A stretch of 63,302 nucleotides of DNA, filler included, from Octopus bimaculoides (Eukaryota), in assembly GCF_001194135.2 (NCBI RefSeq). It is 4 parts of 2 records of this genome, joined end to end, with 100 filler letters (N's around TTAATTAATTAA, not from the genome) between each part and the next. Parts side by side here need not be neighbours in the genome. Positions count along the whole stretch, not along the records: positions 1 to 31,482 come from NC_069004.1; positions 31,583 to 40,600 come from NC_068994.1; 2 more parts are not named here. One strand, given 5' to 3'. Under the pieces are notes generated by a model. It ran no database searches, was not told where the DNA came from, and worked only from the letters and a program-made list of their open reading frames with translations. Both the position numbers and the translations under genes were made by a program. Position 1 is the first letter of the stretch. Every line of letters starts with the position of its first letter. Of the stretch, positions 25,110 to 36,060 are shown piece after piece.

Positions 25110-25492
25110 GTAATTTAATTGAAAATTCGAAGAGATTTACATTCATATCAAAACATAAAGCATATATGATTGTTGAATAACGAAAAATTATAACAATGCC
25201 ACGAACATGAAACGAGTGTTACATGGTTTCTTCTTGCTGAAAATCAAAAACTCTACAATGTTTTTTTTCGATTGTTTTTGTTTATGAATTCAACGAAGTT
25301 GTTTCGTATGTTAATACGAAGTAGATAATGGAATAATATGTATGTATGTACATACGTACATACATGTACGTACACACACATATATACGAATTTTACCTAC
25401 ATGAACACGTACACACATTCGATAACGAATTAAAAGCAGCGCAAGTTTTGTCGACATTATCGACTGCATATGTATGTAGATTGTTTGTTCGT

Positions 25493-25588
25493 CGGTTTGC
25501 TGCCTAGTAGCGCTTGGGGGATAACTCCTACACTCAGCGTTATGAAGGAGTCGTCCTCCAAGCGCTATGCAGCTGCGAATCGGCCAAC
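25493..25588 (+). ncRNA. Candidate pre-miRNA hairpin
   Basis: 22-nt arms (25508-25529 and 25546-25567) pair at 21 of 22 positions with two G-U pairs; 16-nt loop, basal stem, CAAC (CNNC) at 25585. Confidence 0.4.
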
Positions 25589-25628
25589 AAATAAAACACA
25601 CACAATGGCAATGTGCGGTCGTATGTAA

Positions 25629-25690
<62 letters not shown>

Positions 25691-26355
25691 NNNNNNNNNN
25701 NNNNNNNNNNNNNNNNNNNNNNNNNNNNNNNNNNNNNNNNNNNNNNNNNNNNNNNNNNNNNNNNNNNNNNNNNNNNNNNNNNNNNNNNNNNNNNNNNNNN
25801 NNNNNNNNNNNNNNNNNNNNNNNNNNNNNNNNNNNNNNNNNNNNNNNNNNNNNNNNNNNNNNNNNNNNNNNNNNNNNNNNNNNNNNNNNNNNNNNNNNNN
25901 NNNNNNNNNNNNNNNNNNNNNNNNNNNNNNNNNNNNNNNNNNNNNNNNNNNNNNNNNNNNNNNNNNNNNNNNNNNNNNNNNNNNNNNNNNNNNNNNNNNN
26001 NNNNNNNNNNNNNNNNNNNNNNNNNNNNNNNNNNNNNNNNNNNNNNNNNNNNNNNNNNNNNNNNNNNNNNNNNNNNNNNNNNNNNNNNNNNNNNNNNNNN
26101 NNNNNNNNNNNNNNNNNNNNNNNNNNNNNNNNNNNNNNNNNNNNNNNNNNNNNNNNNNNNNNNNNNNNNNNNNNNNNNNNNNNNNNNNNNNNNNNNNNNN
26201 NNNNNNNNNNNNNNNNNNNNNNNNNNNNNNNNNNNNNNNNNNNNNNNNNNNNNNNNNNNNNNNNNNNNNNNNNNNNNNNNNNNNNNNNNNNNNNNNNNNN
26301 NNNNNNNNNNNNNNNNNNNNNNNNNNNNNNNNNNNNNNNNNNNNNNNNNNNNNNN

Positions 26356-26430
<75 letters not shown>

Positions 26431-27132
26431 TAGATAGATAGATAGAAATATATATATATAAATAAATAAATAAATACATACATATATATATATATAGATA
26501 GATAGATATAAATATATAAATATAAATATATATATATACACGTGTATATGTATACGTATGTATGTATGTATGCGGAGAGAGAAGGAGAGAGGAAGAGAAA
26601 GGAGGAGAGAGAGCACTATCTTTCAATCTCTCTCTCTCTCTCTCTCTCCCTCTCCCTCTCCCTCTCTCTCTCTCGTGAATGAGTAAATGCGAAATCAATT
26701 TTCATCAACTTGTAAAGCTAAAACATGATTCAATAAACGAATAAGACAAACAGTAGAGTTTGAAATAATATATCATTTGGATTTATCAAAAAGACAACCG
26801 AAATACAAACACATTTACTGTCGGTGGCCAACAATACAGCCCTCCCCGCCTCCTCAACACACAAGTACACATACATATACAGACATCACACGCGCGTATA
26901 TACAAACGCACGGAAAACGCCATGTAGTGTTCTAGTGTGTATTAATATTGCTAAATTTACATTATATCATATTTAATACCATTTCTTGCGCAGTATTTAA
27001 TTTAATGCAGGTTTCCTCAATAACAATAAGTAATAACAGATTTTTGATTTAATAACAACTAAACAACGCCAACTAAATAGTTTAGCAAGCGAAAAAGCAG
27101 AAGTGAAACTTTATCCGTTTTCCCGTCAATAG

Positions 27133-27187
27133 TTTGATGGAGAGAAACGTCCTAACAGCCACCATGATATAGCAATGTTTGAATACA
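27133..27187 (+). CDS. Candidate exon (FDGEKRPNSHHDIAMFEY)
   Basis: ctttatccgttttcccgtcaatag acceptor; weak GTAGAT donor; phase-compatible with 25010-25109 and 31788-31873. Confidence 0.2.
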
Positions 27188-27261
27188 GTAGATGCGGATA
27201 CGTTTTGGTGTTTCGGTTATCGGTTTAATCTTTTGTTTATTTTCTAATAATTTATCTTTTA

Positions 27262-27452
27262 TCTGTAACTTGTTTCAGTCATTAGACAGCGTCTATGCTG
27301 GGGCATCACGTTGAGGAATTTGTTAGTCGAACTAATCGATCCCAGAACGTATTTGTTTTAGGTTTTGAGACTGGTACTTATACTATCAGTGGTTGTTTTT
27401 TTTCCGAACCGCTTATTTACTGGGACGTGAACACACTAACACCGGTTGTCAA
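27262..27452 (-). mobile_element. SINE family A 3' half, diverged
   Basis: acttgtttcagtcattagacagcgtctatgctggggc..ccgaaccgct..aacaccggttgtcaagc. Confidence 0.8.
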
Positions 27453-27514
27453 GCATATACAAAAAATGCTGATTTTCTTCCAGAAATTAGCCAAAAAAAA
27501 AAAAATCATATATA

Positions 27515-27945
27515 TTGGGTCATCCCATAAATAATGTTTTTTTTTAATATTTATTTTATTTTTCAAAATTAAGATAAACAAAGTTCTTTTATAATCTAAA
27601 ATACACTCTCCTTCATTTTCTACAATGCTCTTCCATCTGGTAGACTTTCAAAGCCCCTCTTACAAAATTCATTTGTCCATCATGAAAAATACTCCTCCAG
27701 TACTGTTCTGACGTCGTCCGCAGAATTCATATTTTTTCCGTCCAAATGATTTTGAAGACTTCGGAACAAATGGGAATCAGATGTCCAGCGAATATAGTCG
27801 ATGGGGCATCGTTTCCCATTCAAACTGCTCAAGCGTTTGGAATGTCATCCTTGCTGTGTGTGGCCGAGTATTATTCTGATGGAAGAACACCTTTCGTTTT
27901 GAAACCAAAGATAGTTGTTGGGCGAAGACCTTCTTTAGACTAAGG
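27515..27945 (-). mobile_element. Mariner transposase C-terminal remnant with TIR
   Basis: VFFHQNNTRPHTARMT..LEQFEWETMPHRLYSLDI..RWKSIVENEGEY on the minus strand; TIR-like ttgggtcatccc after TA. Confidence 0.8.
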
Positions 27946-27959
27946 TGCCGATATTTCTC

Positions 27960-28260
27960 TTTTCCCTACCCATACCACACACCTATTTCCAAACATCCAT
28001 CCAGACCCACATTATCTCCCTTTCTTTCAACTTCTGCCAAACCTTTTTTTTTAACAACCAGTTGCCATGCCTGACCGCTAAATCTACAAGTTTTTAAATT
28101 CCATCTCTCTGTATTTTATCTTATTCCTTTCTGTTGAAGAGCGTAGGCTCGAAACGTAAAAGACTTCCTCACTTTCCCGAGCGTCAAACTAATGCACCTA
28201 CTTCTTGTTCATACACCTGTCTTCGACTTTTGTTTTTCTGTAAATTTCAACTATATATAT
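27960..28260 (+). mobile_element. Penelope-like terminal repeat with a minimal hammerhead motif
   Basis: CCTTT-CTGTTGA(28131)-A-GAGC-gtag-GCTC-GAAAC-GTA-AAAG; ends in tata. Confidence 0.65.
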
Positions 28261-28621
28261 TCACACACACACATATGTGTGTGTATATACATACATACAT
28301 ACATACATACAAATACAGATATCTATGTATAAACAAACGCATTCATATATGTGCAGTTATGTGTACATTCGTCGATTTATATCATTATAGTATAAAGCCA
28401 TCGGCCGCAAAATCAAGAAAAATAATCTTAGCATCTTTTACGAAAAAAGTCACTTGCATCAGGTTAAACTTTCATTTGTCGCTTTCGTTAACAGGAACCC
28501 AGTGAACCAAAGATTATTGAAACGCTGAGAATAGTAACTAATGATGCTATTGTTCAAAAGCTGTGATATAAAATTTCAAACCAAAAGTACATATCCTTAA
28601 GAATTTCATCTAGAGAAGGTT

Positions 28622-29191
28622 GGGATCTTTTTTAAAACGCAGGCCACATTTTTCATTAACGAAACACTTTCAAACTTGGAACACTGGTAGAATGTGTCAT
28701 ATAAAACATCTTTTTCTCTTAGTCTTCTTTAAAAAAAAAGAAATCCATAACTTATTCCATGTTAAAGTTGTCGTATTTCTGTAATTTCAACCAATCACTG
28801 ACGTCCATTCAGCCGATATACATTAAGTGCCGACTACATAAACAAACGATTCTGAAACAATTAACCCTAACCCTAACCCTAGGGTTAGGGCGAGGGTTAA
28901 AGCAAATTTAAAATGAAAAAAGCAAATAAAACGAAGGTATGGAGATTAAATACGCTTTACATCGCTTAATCAGCCAAAGGAGTAAATGTAAACAACTGAA
29001 TACTTGTCAGTGATTGGTTGAAATTATCGAAATAAGACAATTTTTTACATGAAATAAATTCGAATACAAAAATATTTTTCTGTTCTATAACACAAAATAG
29101 ATAAGTATACGAAGTTTGAAAGTCTTTCCGTACCAAAAACACTACGTAAAACATTAATGAAAAATGTGGCCCCCGTTTTAAAATAGATCCG
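28622..29191. mobile_element. 570-bp element with ~190-bp TIRs and a central TTAGGG palindrome
   Basis: Ends gggatc..aaaacgcaggccacatttttcattaa and ttaatgaaaaatgtggccc..ttttaaaatagatccg; ccaatcactgac / gtcagtgattgg; 28861-28900 is ttaaccctaaccctaaccct|agggttagggcgagggttaa. Confidence 0.8.
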
Positions 29192-29981
29192 AAGGTTGTA
29201 TTCAAATAAGATGACTCGCTTTAGTTCTTGTGTACGTGCATTGTTTTTGAACACACACACATACGTACATATGCACACAGATCGAATTAATGAACAAACG
29301 AAGAAATTTCTAGTTGACGTTGAACATTCTGCTAATGGCGGTCAATTAACCGTCAAAATAATAGTGCACACACTACAGAAGGGGAACCAAATAATGTAGT
29401 TCTAGTTACAATGCCTGGGAAAACAGCAGGATGGTCTCCTCTAGAACCTCTTCGATTTTATAATTGCTTGTTGGGAGCTATATTGAGGATAAACCACAGC
29501 AGCAACAACAATAAGAAGCACTTCTCAAACGACAAATAATTGCAACAATAGCAAACACGTGCAAATATGGAAGCCTCCATGTAGTCGTTTGACTTGCAAG
29601 AAATAGCAGCAAAATCTTCCTCAAGCCACTTCTTCCTGCCTTAAGCAGTGTGCACACATTTAATAATTTCCTAGCTTAATTAATAAATTAATTAATAAAT
29701 TCCTAAGACAGTCACGGCATTAGTTCCTCTCGACTAGGATTAATGTGAGATTAAGCACAATAAGTACTCGACCTAGAGTTAACAATGATATAACAAAGAT
29801 CGTCCACTGGCAAGAAATGTCAGTTAAATATTTCTTTAAACAAATCATTATGAATAAGAAATCTTAGATAAGGCAGTTCTAGGAAAGTGTCTTCGATCGC
29901 ATGCCGAAGTCTGGCTTTGGAGTTAAATTACACTGATTCTGACAACTTAAGCGTGTAGTAAGGAGACAACGATGTTTCTTC

Positions 29982-30031
<50 letters not shown>

Positions 30032-30032
<1 letters not shown>

Positions 30033-30413
30033 TAAAAAATCTTGAAATAGAAAATGGCAAAATGTGGAACCTCAAGACTAAAACAATACCTGTTATCATA
30101 GGTGCCCTAGGAATGATAGCAGAAGGAGCTGATTGCTACCTAGCTTAGATACCAGGAAATCCCAAATTGGCAGAAATTTTTTTAAATAGTGCTCATGGGA
30201 GACGTAAAATACTGTCTATGTAATCCTAAATTTTAAAACAAGCTCTTAAACTTTTAATGTTTTCTTAAACATTCTCTAGAGCAACTTTGTGCAAAACCAA
30301 ATATATGGCACCCTAGGCATAACAGCAACTTGACCTTCTAACTTGTTGTCTCTTGAGGTCTCTGGGTGAGACTTGGAGTCAACTTATACAAATACAAAGC
30401 AAAAAGTCAAACA
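30032..30413 (+). mobile_element. 5'-truncated Dong/R4-type LINE inserted in (TAA)n
   Basis: KNLEIENGKMWNLKTKTIPVIIGALGMI..IPGNP..; (TAA)n directly on both sides. Confidence 0.85.
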
Positions 30414-30439
30414 TAATAATAATAATAATAATAATAATT

Positions 30440-30600
30440 CTTTTTACTATCTGCACAAGGCCTGAAATTTTGAGGGACGGAGTTAGTCAGTTACATCGAC
30501 TAGGTGAAGTCGGTCTCGGCAGCATTTGAACATAAAACAGCCAGAAGAAATGCCGCCGAACATTCTGTCTGGCGTACTAACGAATCTTACAGTTCACCAC
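30440..30600 (-). mobile_element. Degenerate SINE family B
   Basis: cacaaggcctgaaattttgaggg..gtcggtctcggcagcatttgaac..gaaatgccgc..ggcgtactaacga. Confidence 0.65.
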
Positions 30601-31196
30601 CAGTTGTAATATAATGAGGAGGATGATGATGATCGTTTGGATGACGACGACGACAATAATAATAATAATAATAATAATAATAATTATATAGTTTTTTATA
30701 TAATTAAAAACCGTACGATTTTTATAGATTCTTCTTTCCAAATATTTTCACAGCAAAATGATATTTTCTTTTAATTTCCAAAATAGTTGCCCGAAGAGTT
30801 TATCCAAATTCTGTGATTGCTTAGTTTCCATCAAGTTGGAAATTGAACAAATTCTTGGTAGATTATGATTGTACTTCATTAGCATTGTATGTCTGAACAC
30901 AAGACGTAGTTAATTACTGGTGGAATATGACTGTGGTAGCATAACGAACGAAGTTAAATAAAAAAAATTACGTAAACGAGGTGTATGTGTGTTGTATGCG
31001 TACGGTATTGTTGTTGCCGGTGTTTCGTCGTGTGACTTCACAAGTGTACACACACGTGTGTGTGTGTGTGTGTGTGCGTGTTTGTAATTGTGTGTATATG
31101 TATACACATACTCACACGCACCCACACACATTCGTAAATATATGTATATACAAAAGAGAGGGAAAGAAAGAGCGAGAGGCAAAGAGAAAACGACAT

Positions 31197-31236
<40 letters not shown>

Positions 31237-31392
31237 GGGGAGAGAGAGAGAGGGAGAGAGAGAGAGAGAGAGAGAGAAAGATATGTGCCAGTACTTATGT
31301 ATATTAGTTTAAATGTAAATCTATTTATTCCTCTCTCTGTCTATCTCTCCATCTCAGTATATACATATACACACACACGCCCGCAGACACAT

Positions 31393-31425
<33 letters not shown>

Positions 31426-31583
31426 CACACACGAACATAGACACATATATGCGTATGTATATATATATACACGCAAACATTTNNNNNNNNNNNNNNNNNN
31501 NNNNNNNNNNNNNNNNNNNNNNNNNNTTAATTAATTAANNNNNNNNNNNNNNNNNNNNNNNNNNNNNNNNNNNNNNNNNNNNA

Positions 31584-31770
31584 GAGTGTGTAGATTACAA
31601 CTAAATTGGAATTCAATATGAAAAAAAAAAAGAGAAAAAGTTTGGCTCATGCACATACATAATGATACACATCACATATATCTACAAAATGAAACTTCAG
31701 TATGTATGTGCACGAGTCCACCAGTTTTCTTTTTCATATTAAATTCCAATATAATAATGATCTACACACT
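31584..31770. mobile_element. Foldback/MITE-like inverted repeat
   Basis: agtgtgtagat..attggaatt.aatatgaaaa..ctcatgcacatacata versus tatgtatgtgcacgag..ttttcatatt.aattccaat..atctacacact. Confidence 0.7.
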
Positions 31771-31787
31771 TTGAAAGTTATTTGTAG

Positions 31788-31873
31788 AAAATTTCATTAA
31801 AAAATACCCATTTTCTGAAAGATATGAGGAAACAAAACTGACTCGTGTGAATTTTCCGAAACTTCCAAACAAA
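31788..31873 (+). CDS. Candidate exon (NFIKKYPFSERYEETKLTRVNFPKLPNK)
   Basis: ttatttgtag acceptor, GTCAGT donor, single open frame. Confidence 0.2.
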
Positions 31874-32069
31874 GTCAGTTGACGAGTACTCTTCTGTAGG
31901 TATGCTGCGTTTCTGACCTCTTTGAAATGGTATTAAAAGACAATTATTTCGGAATTACTTTAGTGTTTACGGCGATCTTTTGTCATATTTGCGAAGGTGA
32001 ATACTAAGAAAATGGAAAAAGGATAAAAAAGAAAGATTAGTGAATAAATAACTGAAATAGAGACATGGA

Positions 32070-32830
32070 AATTCCAGTACAGTCTACTTCATTGCTATGA
32101 GGTGGCAGTAGCATTGTTCTGATGAGACATATTTCTGCTATCCTAGAGTGTAAAAACAACCTGGCTGAACTCAGTGTTCAGGGATCTAACATTTCTCATC
32201 AGGTAAAGGAAACCAAATATCAGGGCTTGCTGGATGAGGAGCTTGTCAAGGGATGGCATACAGCCTCGTTCCCTTTTGAAGCTAGCTGCCACAGTTTTCC
32301 ATCTACATCAGTGCAGTTTTCTGCAGAAATAAGCCACCAGTGTGTTTTAATGTTTCAACATTACTCTTGTTTTTCCTTTGTCCTGCCTTAAGATGGTTTC
32401 CATTTCAATACCTAATACCTTTTATACCATTTCTCCACCAAAAGACTACATAATCAGGCAACTATGGGAGTTGTTTACTCTGCTTCCATGTTCTTGTCAG
32501 TACAACACCAACAATTGATTACCGCTTTCCATACACGTAATTGTTAAACCTGGAGGGCATTTGACGTCACCAACTTGATCTATGACCTTCTCACATTGCC
32601 TCTAAAGTACCAGCTTCAAATGTAATGGGAAAGACAATAGTATCATGCATTTGGAGAATCAGCAATCATCAACGTCTCATAATTCAGGAACTTTTCCTGG
32701 CAATTCTGGTGACTCAGAAACTTCAGTTATTCTGGGAAGAGCAGGAATTCTAGCTGCTGTGGCAGTAGGAACATGAAATACAAATACTTCAGTTGACTCA
32801 GAAGGAATTAACAACTCACGAGAAGTTTTC
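32070..32830 (-). mobile_element. Possible 3' end of an LTR retrotransposon internal region
   Basis: Decayed Pro/Ser/Glu-rich frame ending RSS..RQMPSRFNNYVY, resembling Gypsy pol termini; purine tract ggtggagaaa before TG. Confidence 0.35.
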
Positions 32831-32872
32831 AAACTCATAAAAGTCTTTGTTGTGTGAAATTTACGAAAAAAA

Positions 32873-34075
32873 TTGGAAAATTATGAAAATTTGCTGGCAT
32901 GTTTGCTTGACTTGCAACAACAGCAACTGAAAGAACAACAACAGCAGCAGCAGTTAAGAACAACAGCTGAAGCAACAACACCACCACCAACTGAAAGAAC
33001 ACCAAGAGCAACAACAGAAGCAACAACAACATCATTATCCTTATCCTCATCATCATCGTTTAACGTCCGCTTTCCAAGCTGACATGGGTTTGATGGTTTG
33101 ACTGAGGACTGGTGAGCCATAGGCTGCACCAGGTTCAATCTGATCTGGTAAAGTTTCTACAGCTGGATGCCCTTCCTAACGCCAACCACTCCGAGAGTGT
33201 AGTGGGTGCTTTTACATGCCACAGGCATGAGGGCCAGTCAGGCGGTTCTGACAATGGCCAAATAATATTACAGCAACAAATGCTGCAATTACTGAAGTCA
33301 TCAGGATAGTCAGAGAAAGTGTTCTTGACAAGCTATGTCGTGAACTCCATAACAGAGTTCAAATACGAACCTGACGAAGGAGTTACCTTTGAAGCATACT
33401 ACAGAAGATATGGGAAAATCTGCGAGAAAGAATGTAATGATTAGGATGACAGGATGAAAATGCGCTTAATCTTGAGAAAACTGGCGGCAACTGAACATGA
33501 ATGATACAGTACTTATATACTCCCAAGAAAACCTCTGGACATAAACTTTAATGACACAATAGATATATTGTGTAAAATTTTTCGGTGAAAAAAGCTCATT
33601 ATTCAATTCATGTGGGAAGCATAACAATGATGAGGACTACATCACATATGCTGGCAGAGTAAACAGAAAATGCAAGAAGTTTAAGCAGGACGATTTAATG
33701 CCAATTATGTTCAAAGGGCTGATTTTTACACAGGGACTTACTGCTGAAAAGGACGCAGAAGTTAGAACTAGAATTCTCACAAAGCTGGAACAACACCAGG
33801 ATGTAACCCTACAGCAAGTGTCAGAGGAATATGAAAGGATAGTCAAATTAAGACATGACACAGAAGAAATTGAACGTCAAGCAAGTTTGAAATAGTCAAA
33901 ATAGAGATAAAGAATTTTCTAAAAAAACATGACAAAAATCAGGAAATAAACCCATGTTTTGCATGTGGTTGTATACACCTGAGGAAAAATTGTCCATTTA
34001 AAAGAGCAGAGTGCTTTCATTGTGGAAATATAGAACATCTGAAAATGCACTGTAGAATGAAGATAACAAAACCAC
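32873..34075 (+). mobile_element. Gypsy gag remnant
   Basis: NSITEFKYEPDEGVTFEAYYRRY..LLRKL-like..FGEKSSLFN; GLIFTQGL..DAEVRTRILTKLEQ; two zinc knuckles CFACGCIHLRKNC and CFHCGNIEHLKMHC. Confidence 0.9.
33030..33260 (-). mobile_element. RTE-tailed SINE/LINE fragment inserted in gag
   Basis: Minus-strand tail gcggacgttaaacgatgatgatg (also at 39017 on +); ctggatgcccttcctaacgccaacc motif. Confidence 0.7.
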
Positions 34076-34240
34076 AGGCATAGGAGTGGCTGTGTGGTAA
34101 GTAACTTGCTTACCAACCACATGGCTCCGGGTTCAGTCCCACTGCGTGACACCTTGGGCAAGTGTCTTCTACTATAGTCTCGGGCCGACCAAAGCCTTGT
34201 GAGTGGATTTGGTAGACGGAAACTGAAAAAGAAGCCCATC
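34076..34240 (+). mobile_element. SINE family A head interrupting Gypsy
   Basis: Near-consensus head directly after the second zinc knuckle. Confidence 0.95.
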
Positions 34241-34242
34241 AC

Positions 34243-36060
34243 ATTAAAAAAGAACTTATAATAGAAGAACTTAGATTTATCCTAAAAAATAATTATTTTA
34301 TATATAACAATGAATACTTCCGACAAAAATCGGGAACTGCAATGGGAACATGGACTGCGCCTACTTTTGCGAACCTGGTAATGGGCTATCTCGAGATTAA
34401 ACTATACCAGAGAACACTCGAGAAATATGGAAGCTCCTTTTCCACATACATACAAAACAGCTGGAAAAGATATCTCGATGACTGTTTCATCCTCTGGAAT
34501 GAAAGTATAGAAAAGCTCAACGAATTCCAAACACTTCTAAATGGAATAAACGAAAACCTCCAATTTACGATGGAATACAACAATCAACAACTACCGTTTT
34601 TAGATATCCTCATAAAGAAAGTCGGAAACAAGATAGAGACAGACATCTATTANNNNNNNNNNNNNNNNNNNNNNNNNNNNNNNNNNNNNNNNNNNNNNNN
34701 NNNNNNNNNNNNNNNNNNNNNNNNNNNNNNNNNNNNNNNNNNNNNNNNNNNNNNNNNNNNNNNNNNNNNNNNNNNNNNNNNNNNNNNNNNNNNNNNNNNN
34801 NNNNNNNNNNNNNNNNNNNNNNNNNNNNNNNNNNNNNNNNNNNNNNNNNNNNNNNNNNNNNNNNNNNATACACGACTCCAGGAATTGAAATCCACACTCA
34901 TAAATAGAAACTATCCACAGCCCTTAATCGAAAATACGATCCAAAGAGTACTTCAATTAAATACACAAGAACTTAGACAACCAAGACCCAAGAAGGAAGA
35001 AAAATTAAAAACCCTGCCTTACATCTCCACACACAACCCACACAACAATGAGGCCTTCAACAACATACTCCACAGCACAGCTCTACTCAAGAATGAACCA
35101 AATCCTCAAAACACATACAATCATCAAAAGTAAGAGGCAACCAAAATCAATGAAAAAGATTTTAACCCAGGCCAAATTACACTCAACAGTAACCACTAAA
35201 CCTACAGTAAAAAAATGCAGGAGACTCAACTGTGGGATTTGTGTCAACGTAATAGAAGGATCAGAACATCGATTAGAACAAGGCCATAATTTCATAGTAA
35301 AAACTAATTTTACATGTGTATCGGAGAACTTGATCTACCTAATTACATGCTCTGGATGCAAACGGCAATATATTGGACACACTAAACACAGCCTGCATCA
35401 AAGGATGGCGTTACACAAATCCCAAATTAGGATCCCAGAAAACAGGAAAATACCTCTCAGCCAGCACATCGACGAATGTGCTTACAACAAATTCCCCAAA
35501 TTCACAACGTTTCCTCTATACAAATTCAAAGCCAAAATGAACGCATTAGCAAAGAAATATTTTTCATAAGAAAATACCGACCAAGTCTAACTTCTCTAAA
35601 CTAGTAACACTGAGACTTTCATATATATTTTAATATTTTTATACGTAGATTTGCAAGTTATTCATAAGAAATAAACATAGGGGATCGAAGAACCCGATTT
35701 CTATTAAAACCATAGGGGGGACAACTTCACCACAACGACTACCACCACTACTACTACTGACTGCTGCTAGTTATTCGACAGCTACAACCACTCCCAGAAT
35801 CCCTCCCTGACCACTATTTAATTTACTAAAACAGATAGTAGTAATCTACTAAAAGAACAAGTTGGAATTACCATGTTCAAGGAAAGGAGCCACGTGCGTA
35901 TACAAGAAATAACAGTAAGCTATGAATGTCATTATTAATTTTAATTTCAATTTTATTTTATTAATAGCCATTTTCTCTTCTCACATATTTTATATTCATT
36001 TTTGATAAGGTTTTTCAAAAAAAACCGAAACATGTAAATTAAATAAAACCCCCAAAAAAT
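34243..36060 (+). mobile_element. Penelope-like element: RT, GIY-YIG and 3' terminal repeat with a degenerate hammerhead
   Basis: QKSGTAMGTWTAPTFANLVMG, WKRYLDDCFILW, LIYLITCSGCKRQYIGHT; TTGATAA-GGTTTTT-caa-AAAAAACC-GAAAC-ATGTA at 36002-36036. Confidence 0.95.

Noticed and set aside
28861-28900. Telomere repeats as a chromosome fusion scar
   Set aside because: Only 40 bp and enclosed by transposon-like TIRs; kept as part of the TIR-element finding.
31527-31538. TTAATTAATTAA islands inside gaps (also ~40645 and 62221)
   Set aside because: An identical 12-mer centred in N runs with stops in all frames is an assembly/scaffolding spacer, not biology.
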